This document shows, one piece after another, positions 18,547 to 27,301 of a DNA stretch of 38,047 bases. The stretch's first letter is position 1. Every line of letters starts with the position of its first letter. The notes beneath the pieces were generated by a model that made no database searches, was not told the origin of the DNA, and saw only the letters and a list, made by a program, of their open reading frames with translations. The translations under genes were made by a program, and so were the position numbers. The stretch comes from Kofleriaceae bacterium (GTDB lineage Bacteria > Myxococcota_A > Polyangia > Haliangiales > Haliangiaceae): contig JBKJLC010000095.1 in NCBI GenBank assembly GCA_046597055.1, positions 1-38,047 on the forward strand, given 5' to 3'.

Positions 18547-18580
18547 GCCCGCCCTATCGCCGCCGGCGCCAGGAGTTGCG
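18547..18580 (-). promoter_or_regulatory. Putative ECF-sigma promoter GCAAC-N15-CGATA (second copy)
   Basis: Minus strand reads CGCAACTCC-N12-CGATAGGGCGGGC-ATG, with the same architecture as 16905-16938. Confidence 0.6.
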
Positions 18581-18584
18581 TCTT

Positions 18585-19034
18585 TCAGCCGGGGTTCATC
18601 AGGAGCTGGGCGATCGCGACGCAGTAGAAGGAGAAGCCGACGGCGAAGAGGACCATGGCGGTGGCGAGCCAGCGGGCCTTGCGGTCGCGGAGGGCGAGGC
18701 CGCGCTCGAGGGTGGTGGTGACGTCGGGGCCGAGGAGCTGGGTCAGCCAGCTGAGGCGCAGGACGCCGGCGATCGCGGTCAGGGCGGCGGCGAGCACGAT
18801 CAGGATGCCGATGCTGATGCAGAGGCGGGCGAGGAGGCTGCTCTGGGCGATCGCGCGGCCGGAGAAGCCGGTGACGGTGATGACGATGCCGGACAGCGAC
18901 AGCATCACCTGGGTGCGCAGGACCAGGACGCCAAGCTGGCGCTCGAGCAGGTCGAAGGCCGCGCGGTGGTCGCCGCCGACCAGGTTGGTGATGCGGCCCG
19001 CTTCCTCGGTCCGCGATGACTCGACGACGCTCAC
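18585..19034 (-). CDS. Hypothetical membrane protein (about 3 TM helices)
   Basis: Three hydrophobic segments and host-like GC3. Confidence 0.75.
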   Translation of the reverse strand: MSVVESSRTEEAGRITNLVGGDHRAAFDLLERQLGVLVLRTQVMLSLSGIVITVTGFSGRAIAQSSLLARLCISIGILIVLAAALTAIAGVLRLSWLTQLLGPDVTTTLERGLALRDRKARWLATAMVLFAVGFSFYCVAIAQLLMNPG

Positions 19035-19181
19035 GGTGCCGATGATACCGGGGTCCCGGGTGGCTACGAGCGAGCGGTCGGTCTGGATCGGTGCCGCCCG
19101 CAGCGCAGCTATCGAGAATCATGGCAATACCTGGCAAGCACGGCTGTAAAATTGCGCTCGCCGTTCACGGCGGGAGACGCC

Positions 19182-19820
19182 ATGATGCCCGCCGTCATGA
19201 ACGCGCTTTCCGACCTGCTGCCGCTGTACGCGCTGGGCGTGCTCGATCGCGATGACGCCGCGCTGGTGGAGCAGGCGCTCGCGACCAACCCCGCGCTGCG
19301 GTCGGAGCTGGTCGAGGTGCTCGAGGTCGGGGCCGACCTGATCACGTCGCTGGCGCCGGTGGATCCGGATCCGTCGGTGCGGGCGCGGTTGCTTGCTGCC
19401 ATCGCGGGCGATGCTGGCGCGGCGACGGACCTGGTGGCGCGGGTCGCCGCGCTGTTCGACCTCGCGGCCTCTCGCGCGCGCGCCGTGCTCGCGTGGGTCG
19501 ACGAGCCGCGCCGCTGGATCGCGCTGGCGCCCGGGGTCGATGGCGCGGGGCTGACGCCGGGGCCGGCCCAGGCGGGCGCGACCTGCGGCCTGCTACGGCT
19601 CGCGGCGGGCGCCACGTTCCCGTGGCACGCGCACCTCGGCGAGGAGGTCGCGCTGGTGGTGTCGGGTGGTGCCCGGATGTCCGACGGCCGCCAGGTCCGG
19701 TCCGGCGACGAGGTGCTCGCCGACGCCTCCCTCGAGCATGACATCGTTGCCGACGACGACGGCCCGTGTGTGTTCGCGGTGCGCAGCGCCGGCCTGCGGT
19801 TCGCCACACGGCCCCTCTGA
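19182..19820 (+). CDS. ChrR-like anti-sigma / cupin domain protein
   Basis: N-terminal LLPLYALGVLD...VEQAL resembles an anti-sigma domain. C-terminal FPWHAHLGEE...VVSG...EH is a cupin motif. Start at 19182, 19185 or 19197. Confidence 0.75.
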   Translation: MMPAVMNALSDLLPLYALGVLDRDDAALVEQALATNPALRSELVEVLEVGADLITSLAPVDPDPSVRARLLAAIAGDAGAATDLVARVAALFDLAASRARAVLAWVDEPRRWIALAPGVDGAGLTPGPAQAGATCGLLRLAAGATFPWHAHLGEEVALVVSGGARMSDGRQVRSGDEVLADASLEHDIVADDDGPCVFAVRSAGLRFATRPL

Positions 19821-19827
19821 CCCGCTG

Positions 19828-20816
19828 TCAGCGCTCGCTCGGCGTGATCGCGAGCGCCAGCGGCTGGCCGCGGCGGATGATGCCGAGCTCGACCGGCGTG
19901 CCCCACGCGACCTCGCGCAGGGTGCGGATCAGATCGTCGACGGACGTGACCGCACGCCCGGCGAGTCGATGGAGGATGTCGCCGTCGCGCAGGCCGGCGC
20001 GTTCGGCGGGGCTGCCGGCCTCGACGCTCATGACCTCGACCGCGGTCGCCGCGAGGAGGCCGTGGGCGCGGGCGAGCCGACGGTCGAGCGACCGGGTCGC
20101 GCCGCCGACGCCGAGCCAGGCGCGGCGAACCCGGCCGTGGGCCAGCAGCTGGGCGAGCACCCAGGCCGCGACCTCGGCGCCGATCGCGAAGCCGAGGCCC
20201 TGCGAGCCGGCGATGATCGCGGTGTTGATGCCGACCACCCGGCCGCGGGTGTCGGCGAGTGGCCCGCCAGAGTTGCCAGGGTTGAGCGGCGCGGTGTGCT
20301 GGACGATGCCGTCGATGAGGCGACCGTCCTTGCCCTTGAGGCTGCGCCCGAGCGCGGAGACCACGCCGGCCGACACGGTCGACGCGAAGCCGAGCGGGTT
20401 GCCGATGGCGACCACCAGCTGGCCGGGGCGCACCGCGACCGTCCGCAAGTGCGCTGCCACCGGGGCGCCGATCGCGTCGGGGTCGACCTTGAGCACGGCG
20501 AGTCGGTGGTGGGATCGTCGCCGATCACCGACGCTGGCGCAGGCTCGCCGGTGGGCGCGCGCACGCGGACCTGCTGGCCGCCGGCGACGACGTGGCTGTT
20601 CGAGAGCACGTAGCCGTCGGGCGTCACGACCACACCGGAGCCGGTGCCATCGCCGCCGCGCGCGCGGCCGCGGCGCACGTCGATGCTGACCACCGCCGGG
20701 CCGAGTCGATCGGCGACGCCGGTCACCGCCGCCGAGTAGGCGTCGAGGGCGTCCTCGTCGTCGCGCGCGCGATCGGCACCGGCCCGCGCCGACGCCAGGC
20801 TCACCGGGTCGGTCAC
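19828..20816 (-). pseudogene. HtrA/DegP-family serine protease with PDZ, split by a 1-nt frameshift (real or sequencing error)
   Basis: GSGVVVTPDGYVLSNSHVV...DPTTD in one frame and LAVLKV...AIGNPLG...LNPGNSGGPL plus PDZ in another. One C is missing at about 20502 (GACTCGCC instead of GACCTCGCC). Confidence 0.85.
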
Positions 20817-21730
20817 GGCCGGTTGCCCACCTTGATCGTCATGGTGAGCGGCGCGCCGCCGCGGACCAGGTCGAAGACGACCTCGGCGCCGGCGCGATCG
20901 AGGAGCGCGATCCGCAGATCGTCGGGGCCGCGCACCGGATCGCCGCCGACCGCGACGATGATGTCGCCGACGACCAGGCCGGCGAGCGCGGCCGGCGCCC
21001 CCTCCTCGATGGAGGCGATCAGCGCGCCGCGACCGCGGCCCGGCGCCAGCGCATCGGGGAGCTCGACCGGATAGGCACCGACGCCGAGGTACCCGCGCGG
21101 GACCCGGCCGTGGGTGAGGATCGCCTCGACCACCGCGGTCAGGTTTGCGGCCGGCACCGTGAGGTCGGCGCCCGCGATGAGCGTGCGCGTGTTCATCCCG
21201 ATCACCTCGCCGCGCAGGTCGATGAGCGGCCCGCCGCCGAAGCCGCGGGGCAGCGCGCGATCGGTCTCGATCCAGCGCTCGAGCCGACCGCCGGTCGGGG
21301 TCCGGGTCTCGGGTCCGACCACGCCGATCGCGCGTAGCGAGGCACGGATCGCCTGGCCGGGGCGGGCGACGGCGAACGCGAGCTGACCGGCGCCGAGCCC
21401 GGCCGACCCGCGGACGCTGGCCGGCGTGAGGCCGCCTCCGGTGACGCGGAAGACGGCGACGTCGGTGCCGGGATCGCGTCCGACCACAGTGGCGGCGCGC
21501 TCGGTCAGCGTGCCATCGGCGGCGACCACGCCCAGCGCGAGCTGGTCGGCGGCGTGGAAGCTGGAGGTGATGACCAGGTCGTCGGTCCAGACCAGGCCCG
21601 AGCCGCCGCCGCGGCGGCGTGGGACCCGGACGACCGCGGGCGCAACCCGTGCGACGGCTGCCGAGGTGAGGTCGTGGAGTGGAACAGTGAGATCCAGCGT
21701 GGCGGGATCGGGCGTATTCGAGAGGTTCAT
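20813..21730 (-). CDS. HtrA-like trypsin-fold plus PDZ protein, probably catalytically inactive
   Basis: GSGLVW, GRDPGTDVAV, GYLGV plus PDZ. The nucleophile loop reads RGFGGGPL with no Ser. GTGA overlap with the downstream paralog. Confidence 0.85.
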   Translation of the reverse strand: MNLSNTPDPATLDLTVPLHDLTSAAVARVAPAVVRVPRRRGGGSGLVWTDDLVITSSFHAADQLALGVVAADGTLTERAATVVGRDPGTDVAVFRVTGGGLTPASVRGSAGLGAGQLAFAVARPGQAIRASLRAIGVVGPETRTPTGGRLERWIETDRALPRGFGGGPLIDLRGEVIGMNTRTLIAGADLTVPAANLTAVVEAILTHGRVPRGYLGVGAYPVELPDALAPGRGRGALIASIEEGAPAALAGLVVGDIIVAVGGDPVRGPDDLRIALLDRAGAEVVFDLVRGGAPLTMTIKVGNRP

Positions 21731-21860
21731 GTCATGAAGGTGGTCCTCCCGAGGGTGGCCGCCCATCGTGCATTCGGCCGGGATGATGGAGGATTTTCGG
21801 GCAGGGCCCGGTCGGTGGCGGCGCCGTGCCCACCCGGACGGGCAGCGTGAACCATCGGCG

Positions 21861-21878
21861 CTGTCACGAAACTGTCGG
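21861..21878 (+). promoter_or_regulatory. Pho-box-like 11-bp-period direct repeat
   Basis: CTGTCACGAAACTGTCGG matches CTGTCATAAAACTGTCAT at 14/18 positions. Confidence 0.4.
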
Positions 21879-21946
21879 GTTGACCTGCTCCCTCTCCGGA
21901 CCCACCCTGCCATTTCGGCTTTCTCGTCCACCTGCTCGGGGCACCT

Positions 21947-22606
21947 ATGACTCGCAATCCCAATCTCCCCCTCCCCCTCGGCCAGCTCGTCTCCGACACC
22001 CTTGTCCAGGTGGCCGTCGTGACCGACGACCCCTTGCTCCGGCGCGGGCTCACCAGCCTGCTCGACGGGATCATCGATGTCCGCGTGGTCGACGTTCATG
22101 ACGCCGAGGTGGTGCTGTGGGATCCCGGCACCGACAGCGAGCGCGCCCTGGGCCGCATGCGCGAGATCCGGGGCCTCGGCGCCCCCGCGGTCGCCGTCAT
22201 CACCAGCCCGGATCACCTGGGTCCGGCCCTGGCCGCCGGCGCCCGCGGCGTGGTCCTGCGCGGCGAGGTCGGCCCGGAGATCGGCGCGGCGCTCGCCGCC
22301 GTGAAGCGCGGCCTGACGGTGATCGACACCTCGCTGTCGTCGGCGCTGGTCGCCACGCCGCCGGCGACCCGCCCCGAGGTCCGCGAGCGTACCGAGCGGC
22401 GCGGCGCCGGCGAGCTGACCGAGCGCGAGCGCCAGGTCGTCGGCCTGATGGCCGAGGGCCTCTCGAACAAGCTGATTGCCGATCGCCTCGGCATCAGCGA
22501 TCACACGGCCAAGTTCCACGTGAACGGCGTGATGGCCAAGCTGGGCTCGGGCACCCGTACCGAGGCGGTGGTCGAGGCAGTGCGGCGCGGGCTCGTCACG
22601 CTCTGA
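21947..22606 (+). CDS. NarL/LuxR-family response regulator-like transcription factor
   Basis: Degenerate receiver domain (VAVVTDD...VVLWD) and LuxR HTH LTERERQVV...GLSNKLIADRLGISDHTAKFHV. Confidence 0.9.
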   Translation: MTRNPNLPLPLGQLVSDTLVQVAVVTDDPLLRRGLTSLLDGIIDVRVVDVHDAEVVLWDPGTDSERALGRMREIRGLGAPAVAVITSPDHLGPALAAGARGVVLRGEVGPEIGAALAAVKRGLTVIDTSLSSALVATPPATRPEVRERTERRGAGELTERERQVVGLMAEGLSNKLIADRLGISDHTAKFHVNGVMAKLGSGTRTEAVVEAVRRGLVTL

Positions 22607-22642
22607 ACTGATCTAAGCCGCGCCGGGTCGAGGCCGGCGCGG

Positions 22643-23305
<663 letters not shown>

Positions 23306-23347
23306 GGGCTGGCGAGGTGTCCGGGTCTGTCGTAGCGTCTTCGCACC

Positions 23348-23707
23348 GTGGCGTCCAGTGCCGAGCTGTCCGCGCACGCGGCGCGTCTCTATCGAACGAT
23401 CTACCAGGTCGTGCGGCGGATCCCGCGTGGACGGGTCGCCACCTACGGCCAGGTCGCCGAGCTGGCCGGCCTGCCCGGTGGCGCCCGGGTCGCCGGCGCA
23501 GCGATGCGCGCCAGCGACGGGCTGCCCTGGCAGCGCGTGGTCGGCAAGCGCGGTCCCGCGCGCGCCGGGATCCAGATCCACGACCCGGTCGGCGCCTCGA
23601 TCCAGCGCCACCTGCTGGAGGCCGAAGGCGTCGAGGTCTCGGAGCGCGGGTTGATCGACCTGACCCGGTTCGGGTGGCTCCCCGGCGAGCGCGCGCGGCG
23701 CCGCTGA
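23348..23707 (+). CDS. Alkyltransferase-like (ATL, MGMT-family) DNA-binding protein
   Basis: IPRGRVATYGQVAELAG and PWQRVV, with Trp replacing the catalytic Cys; LLEAEGV. Confidence 0.88.
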   Translation: MASSAELSAHAARLYRTIYQVVRRIPRGRVATYGQVAELAGLPGGARVAGAAMRASDGLPWQRVVGKRGPARAGIQIHDPVGASIQRHLLEAEGVEVSERGLIDLTRFGWLPGERARRR

Positions 23708-25060
23708 TCAGTTGATCGGCTGGACGTTCGGGTCGGGCGGCGGTTGATAGCCCGGATCCGGCGGCGGCGCCGGCGGCACCTCGTTCGGCTGCATGGGCGG
23801 CGGCTCGTAGGGCCGGTCCTGCGCCGGCGGCGGGATCGGCGGCGGCGCCATCTCGGCCGAGCCCGGCGGCGGCGGTTGCCCGGTCGTCGGCCGGTCGGCG
23901 CTGTTGTCGAACGTCTTGCTGGGGCTGTTGGGGTCGGTCATGGGACGGCCCATCTCGCCGACCGGCTTGCCCATGTCGACCGGCGGTGGCGTGAGCGCGG
24001 GCAGCGGCGTCGGCTCGACCGGCCGCACCGGCTCGCTGTCGAGCGTGGGCCGCGAGCGAACGCCACCGCCGGTGGTGGGCGTCGAATCCTCGCCATCGGT
24101 CGCGCAGGTGGCGCCGATGCGGCGCATCGAGGTCAGCTTGCCGGTCAGCTTGATGTCGTGGAAGCCGCGCGAGTCGATCGCCGGGCTGCTGAAGTCACAG
24201 GTGCCGGCGAACTTGGGCCAGCGGGTCTTCAGCGCGTCCGAGCACTTGTAGCTGATGCAGCCGACGATCGTGGAGTCGCCGATCTTCTTGGCGAGCTTGA
24301 TCGTGAAGTCGAGCTGCGCCTCGCCATCGGGCGACACCATCTCGAACTTGCGACGCTTGGCCTCGCCCTTCGCGATGTCGATCCCGAGCTCGAAGCGGGT
24401 GATCTTGATCTCCGGCACGACCGTGCCGTCCTTGACGAACGCCTGGTCGGACTCGCGCTTGGCCTTGGGATAGATCCGGGTCACGCCGTCGCCGATCACG
24501 CAGCCGACCTTGCACGACAGGTCCAGCTTGCCCTTGGCCTTGCTCCAGTCGCCGGTCGGCAGATCGAGCGAGAACGCGCCGTCGCCGTTGCCGAACAGCG
24601 GGAGCCCGACCGCGTCGCCGATGCCGGGGATGGTGGCCAGCGGCACGTTGCGCAGCCGGAAGTCGATCGAGGTCGCCTGCTTGCTGAGCCGGACGGTGCC
24701 GGCCATCGAGCCCTGGGGGGTCGCCACGTCGAGGCCGATCTCGACCTTCTTGCTCAGGAGGGGCAGGAACGCGATGTCGACCTCGACCCGCTTGAAGTAC
24801 ATCGTGGTGACCGCCTCGTTGGCGACGGTCGGCCGCGACCGCAGGGTGACCGCGGTGAGCGAGAACCGCCCGGGCATGATGCTGCGCTCGACGCCGCCGA
24901 TGACGACGTCGTACTTGGTGGCCAGCGCCTCCTCGATCTTGTCCTTGACCCGGTGGTACGGGAACGTCAGGTGCAGCGCGTACACGAACGCGAACACCGC
25001 CAGCGCGACGTAGCCGAAGATGCGGAGGCCGAAGCGGGCACGCGGAGACAGCGTCATCAT
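23708..25060 (-). CDS. gspN: Type II secretion protein N with long Pro-rich tail
   Basis: N-terminal TM followed by LTFPY; last gene of the gsp operon; start overlaps the gspM stop. Confidence 0.78.
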   Translation of the reverse strand: MMTLSPRARFGLRIFGYVALAVFAFVYALHLTFPYHRVKDKIEEALATKYDVVIGGVERSIMPGRFSLTAVTLRSRPTVANEAVTTMYFKRVEVDIAFLPLLSKKVEIGLDVATPQGSMAGTVRLSKQATSIDFRLRNVPLATIPGIGDAVGLPLFGNGDGAFSLDLPTGDWSKAKGKLDLSCKVGCVIGDGVTRIYPKAKRESDQAFVKDGTVVPEIKITRFELGIDIAKGEAKRRKFEMVSPDGEAQLDFTIKLAKKIGDSTIVGCISYKCSDALKTRWPKFAGTCDFSSPAIDSRGFHDIKLTGKLTSMRRIGATCATDGEDSTPTTGGGVRSRPTLDSEPVRPVEPTPLPALTPPPVDMGKPVGEMGRPMTDPNSPSKTFDNSADRPTTGQPPPPGSAEMAPPPIPPPAQDRPYEPPPMQPNEVPPAPPPDPGYQPPPDPNVQPIN

Positions 25061-25659
25061 CAGCCACCCTTCTTGCCGGCGGTGCCGGTGCCGGTGCCGG
25101 TGCCGGTCCCGGTGCCAGTCGGCTCGGCGATCTTGGCCCAGGTCACGATCTCGCAGGTGAGGTCGACCTTCTCCTTGTCGCGGAAGTTGCGACGCATCGT
25201 CATCGAGCTCACCAGCACGATGGGCGAGGTGTTCTCGATCGCCTCGAAGAAGTCCTTGGCCTGGGCCAGGGTCAGCTCGCGCAGCTCGATGCCGACCGCG
25301 TGGGCGACGAACTTGCCGCGCGGGGTCGGGGTCCGCTTCTTGACCTCCGACACCGCGACGTTGGCCTTCTTGCCGGCCTCGAAGACGTAGGTCTCGAGGC
25401 CGATCGGGTCGACGCCGATCTTGGTGACCGGGTCGTCGGCGCTGACGCTCTTGCTCTGCGACTGCGAGGCGGCGAGCGTCACCAGCGCCCGCCGGGCGCG
25501 GGCGTTGCGAGCATCGAGCGCGTCGAGGCCGCGCTTGATCTCGATCGAGACGTAGATGATGAGGATGAGGATGGTGGAGACACCGAGGAGCACCACCATC
25601 CGCCGCTCGCGCGGGGTGATGGATTCCCACTTGTCACGGAGCTTATCGAGAGACGCCAT
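25060..25659 (-). CDS. gspM: Type II secretion protein M
   Basis: WESITPRERRMV plus TM, coiled coil, position after gspL. Confidence 0.85.
   Translation of the reverse strand: MASLDKLRDKWESITPRERRMVVLLGVSTILILIIYVSIEIKRGLDALDARNARARRALVTLAASQSQSKSVSADDPVTKIGVDPIGLETYVFEAGKKANVAVSEVKKRTPTPRGKFVAHAVGIELRELTLAQAKDFFEAIENTSPIVLVSSMTMRRNFRDKEKVDLTCEIVTWAKIAEPTGTGTGTGTGTGTAGKKGG
25081..25116. repeat. Hexamer tandem repeat (GGTGCC) x6, one imperfect, encoding a Gly-Thr tail
   Basis: ggtgcc x4, ggtccc, ggtgcc at the 3' end of gspM. Confidence 0.85.
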
Positions 25660-25665
25660 GGGTCC

Positions 25666-27282
25666 TCACATGCACTCGGAGCGGATGGTGAAGGAGAAGT
25701 TCATGACGTCGGCCACCGCCTGCATCGAGCCACGCGTCACCTCCTTGAAGCAGGTGATCTGCTTGAGCGCCGCCTCGATCAGGTCGACCTCGGCCGGGGT
25801 CTTGGCCGACGCCTTGAGGATGACCTTGTCGTCCTTGATCTCGAGCTCGGAGACGTCGAGGGTCACCTTGTCGCGCGGCGGCAGCTTCTCGTTGATCTGC
25901 AGCAGCAGATCGTAGGCGGACATGTCGGGCATCGGCGAGTCGCCGGCGACGACCGCCGACTTGGAATCCTTCAGGATCTGGTCGACGGTCCTGACCTCGT
26001 TGTGCACCGCGAGCGACTCGACCGCGACCCGCTCGTTCAACGTCTTCTCCGCCTGGCGCAGCTTGCGCAGGCCGGTCCACGCCGACGCCCCGGCGAACGC
26101 CAGGACCACCAGCATCGCCGCGGCGACCTGGGTCAGCTTGGTCTTCACGAACGACATGTCGACCTTGAACGCCAGCTCGCCCTGGCGCAGGTCGAGGCTG
26201 GGGCGGCCGCCGCCGAGATCGTGGGCGGCGGCGATCGCGAGCGCGCCGGCGTCGATCGCGGTGGCGGCGCCGAGCTTGACGCCGACCAGCGCGACCGCGT
26301 CGGTCTCGGCCAGGTGCGAGGTCGGCACGCCGAGCTCGCCGGCGACGTACGCGGGCAGCCCGCGCAGGCGACTGCCGCCGCCGACCAGGACCACCCGGCT
26401 GGCGGCGACGCCGGTCTTGGCGCGGCACGCGGCCAGGGTCTGGCGCAGCTCGCGCGCCCACGGCCCGACCTCGCCGACCAGGACCTCGTGGACCCGCGCC
26501 CACGCCTCGCTCGGCGCCGGGTTGGTCGCCGAGCCGATGAAGCCGTCGGTGTGCTTGGCCTGCTCGGCCTCGGCGAACGGCAGCTTCCAGACCCGGGCGA
26601 TCGCCTCGGTGACGCCGCGACCACCGCGGCCGATCGACCGCGAGTACAGCGGTCGACCGCCCTGGGCCAGCACGACGTGGGTGTGGTCGTGGCCGACGTC
26701 GACGATCGCGACCGCGCCGGGGCCGGCCAGCGACGGCGCCCGCTCGGCCAGCCGCGACAGCACCGCGACCGGGACCAGGCCGCGGGCCTCGTTGCCGGCG
26801 GCAGCGGTGAGCGCGAGCAGCTCGCGCGCCCGCTGCAGGCGCATCGAGTAGGTCAGCACCCGCATGCCGGTGGTCGGCCCCGCGACCCGGCCGCGGACGG
26901 CGGCGTCAGGCCCGGGCTCGGCCAGCGCCGGCAGCGCCTCGGCCGCGTAGACCAGATCCTCGAGGTCGACCGGGACCACGCCCTCGAGCTCACCACCGAC
27001 GATCTTGTCGAGATCCTGCCGGCGGGTGGTCTTGAACGCGAACTCGAGCACGTGGACGAACAGCTGGGCGCCGCCGACCACGAGGTAGCCGGTGTCGCGC
27101 TCGAGGTGCTGCTCGCGGATGATCGCGGCGAGCACCCGGCCGGCCCGCAGCTCGTGCGGCTCGTCGCCGGGCGGGACCGGGCGCTCGATCAGCTCGCTGA
27201 TGGCGGCGTGGCGCAGCCCGGCGTGGGCGATCGCCACCTTGACGCTCCAGGTGCCGAGGTCGATGGAAAAGATGCGGCTCAT
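25666..27282 (-). CDS. gspL: Type II secretion protein L (PilM-like actin-fold domain, TM, periplasmic domain)
   Basis: SIDLGTWSVKV, IVDVGHDHT and VVLVGGGSRLRGL, followed by a TM; lies between gspK and gspM. Confidence 0.85.
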   Translation of the reverse strand: MSRIFSIDLGTWSVKVAIAHAGLRHAAISELIERPVPPGDEPHELRAGRVLAAIIREQHLERDTGYLVVGGAQLFVHVLEFAFKTTRRQDLDKIVGGELEGVVPVDLEDLVYAAEALPALAEPGPDAAVRGRVAGPTTGMRVLTYSMRLQRARELLALTAAAGNEARGLVPVAVLSRLAERAPSLAGPGAVAIVDVGHDHTHVVLAQGGRPLYSRSIGRGGRGVTEAIARVWKLPFAEAEQAKHTDGFIGSATNPAPSEAWARVHEVLVGEVGPWARELRQTLAACRAKTGVAASRVVLVGGGSRLRGLPAYVAGELGVPTSHLAETDAVALVGVKLGAATAIDAGALAIAAAHDLGGGRPSLDLRQGELAFKVDMSFVKTKLTQVAAAMLVVLAFAGASAWTGLRKLRQAEKTLNERVAVESLAVHNEVRTVDQILKDSKSAVVAGDSPMPDMSAYDLLLQINEKLPPRDKVTLDVSELEIKDDKVILKASAKTPAEVDLIEAALKQITCFKEVTRGSMQAVADVMNFSFTIRSECM

Positions 27283-27301
27283 GACGGGGACCTCATCGCG
27301 A

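Noticed and set aside
18585..19034. Pycsar/CBASS-type transmembrane effector
   Set aside because: The resemblance is topological only, and there is no adjacent cyclase.
19141..19156. Sigma54 promoter (GG-N10-GC in CGGCTGTAAAATTGCG)
   Set aside because: Spacing and TTGC fit, but the -24 element lacks TGGCAC, so it is too weak to call.
23348..23707. Active O6-methylguanine methyltransferase (ogt/ada)
   Set aside because: The active-site PCHR is replaced by PWQR.
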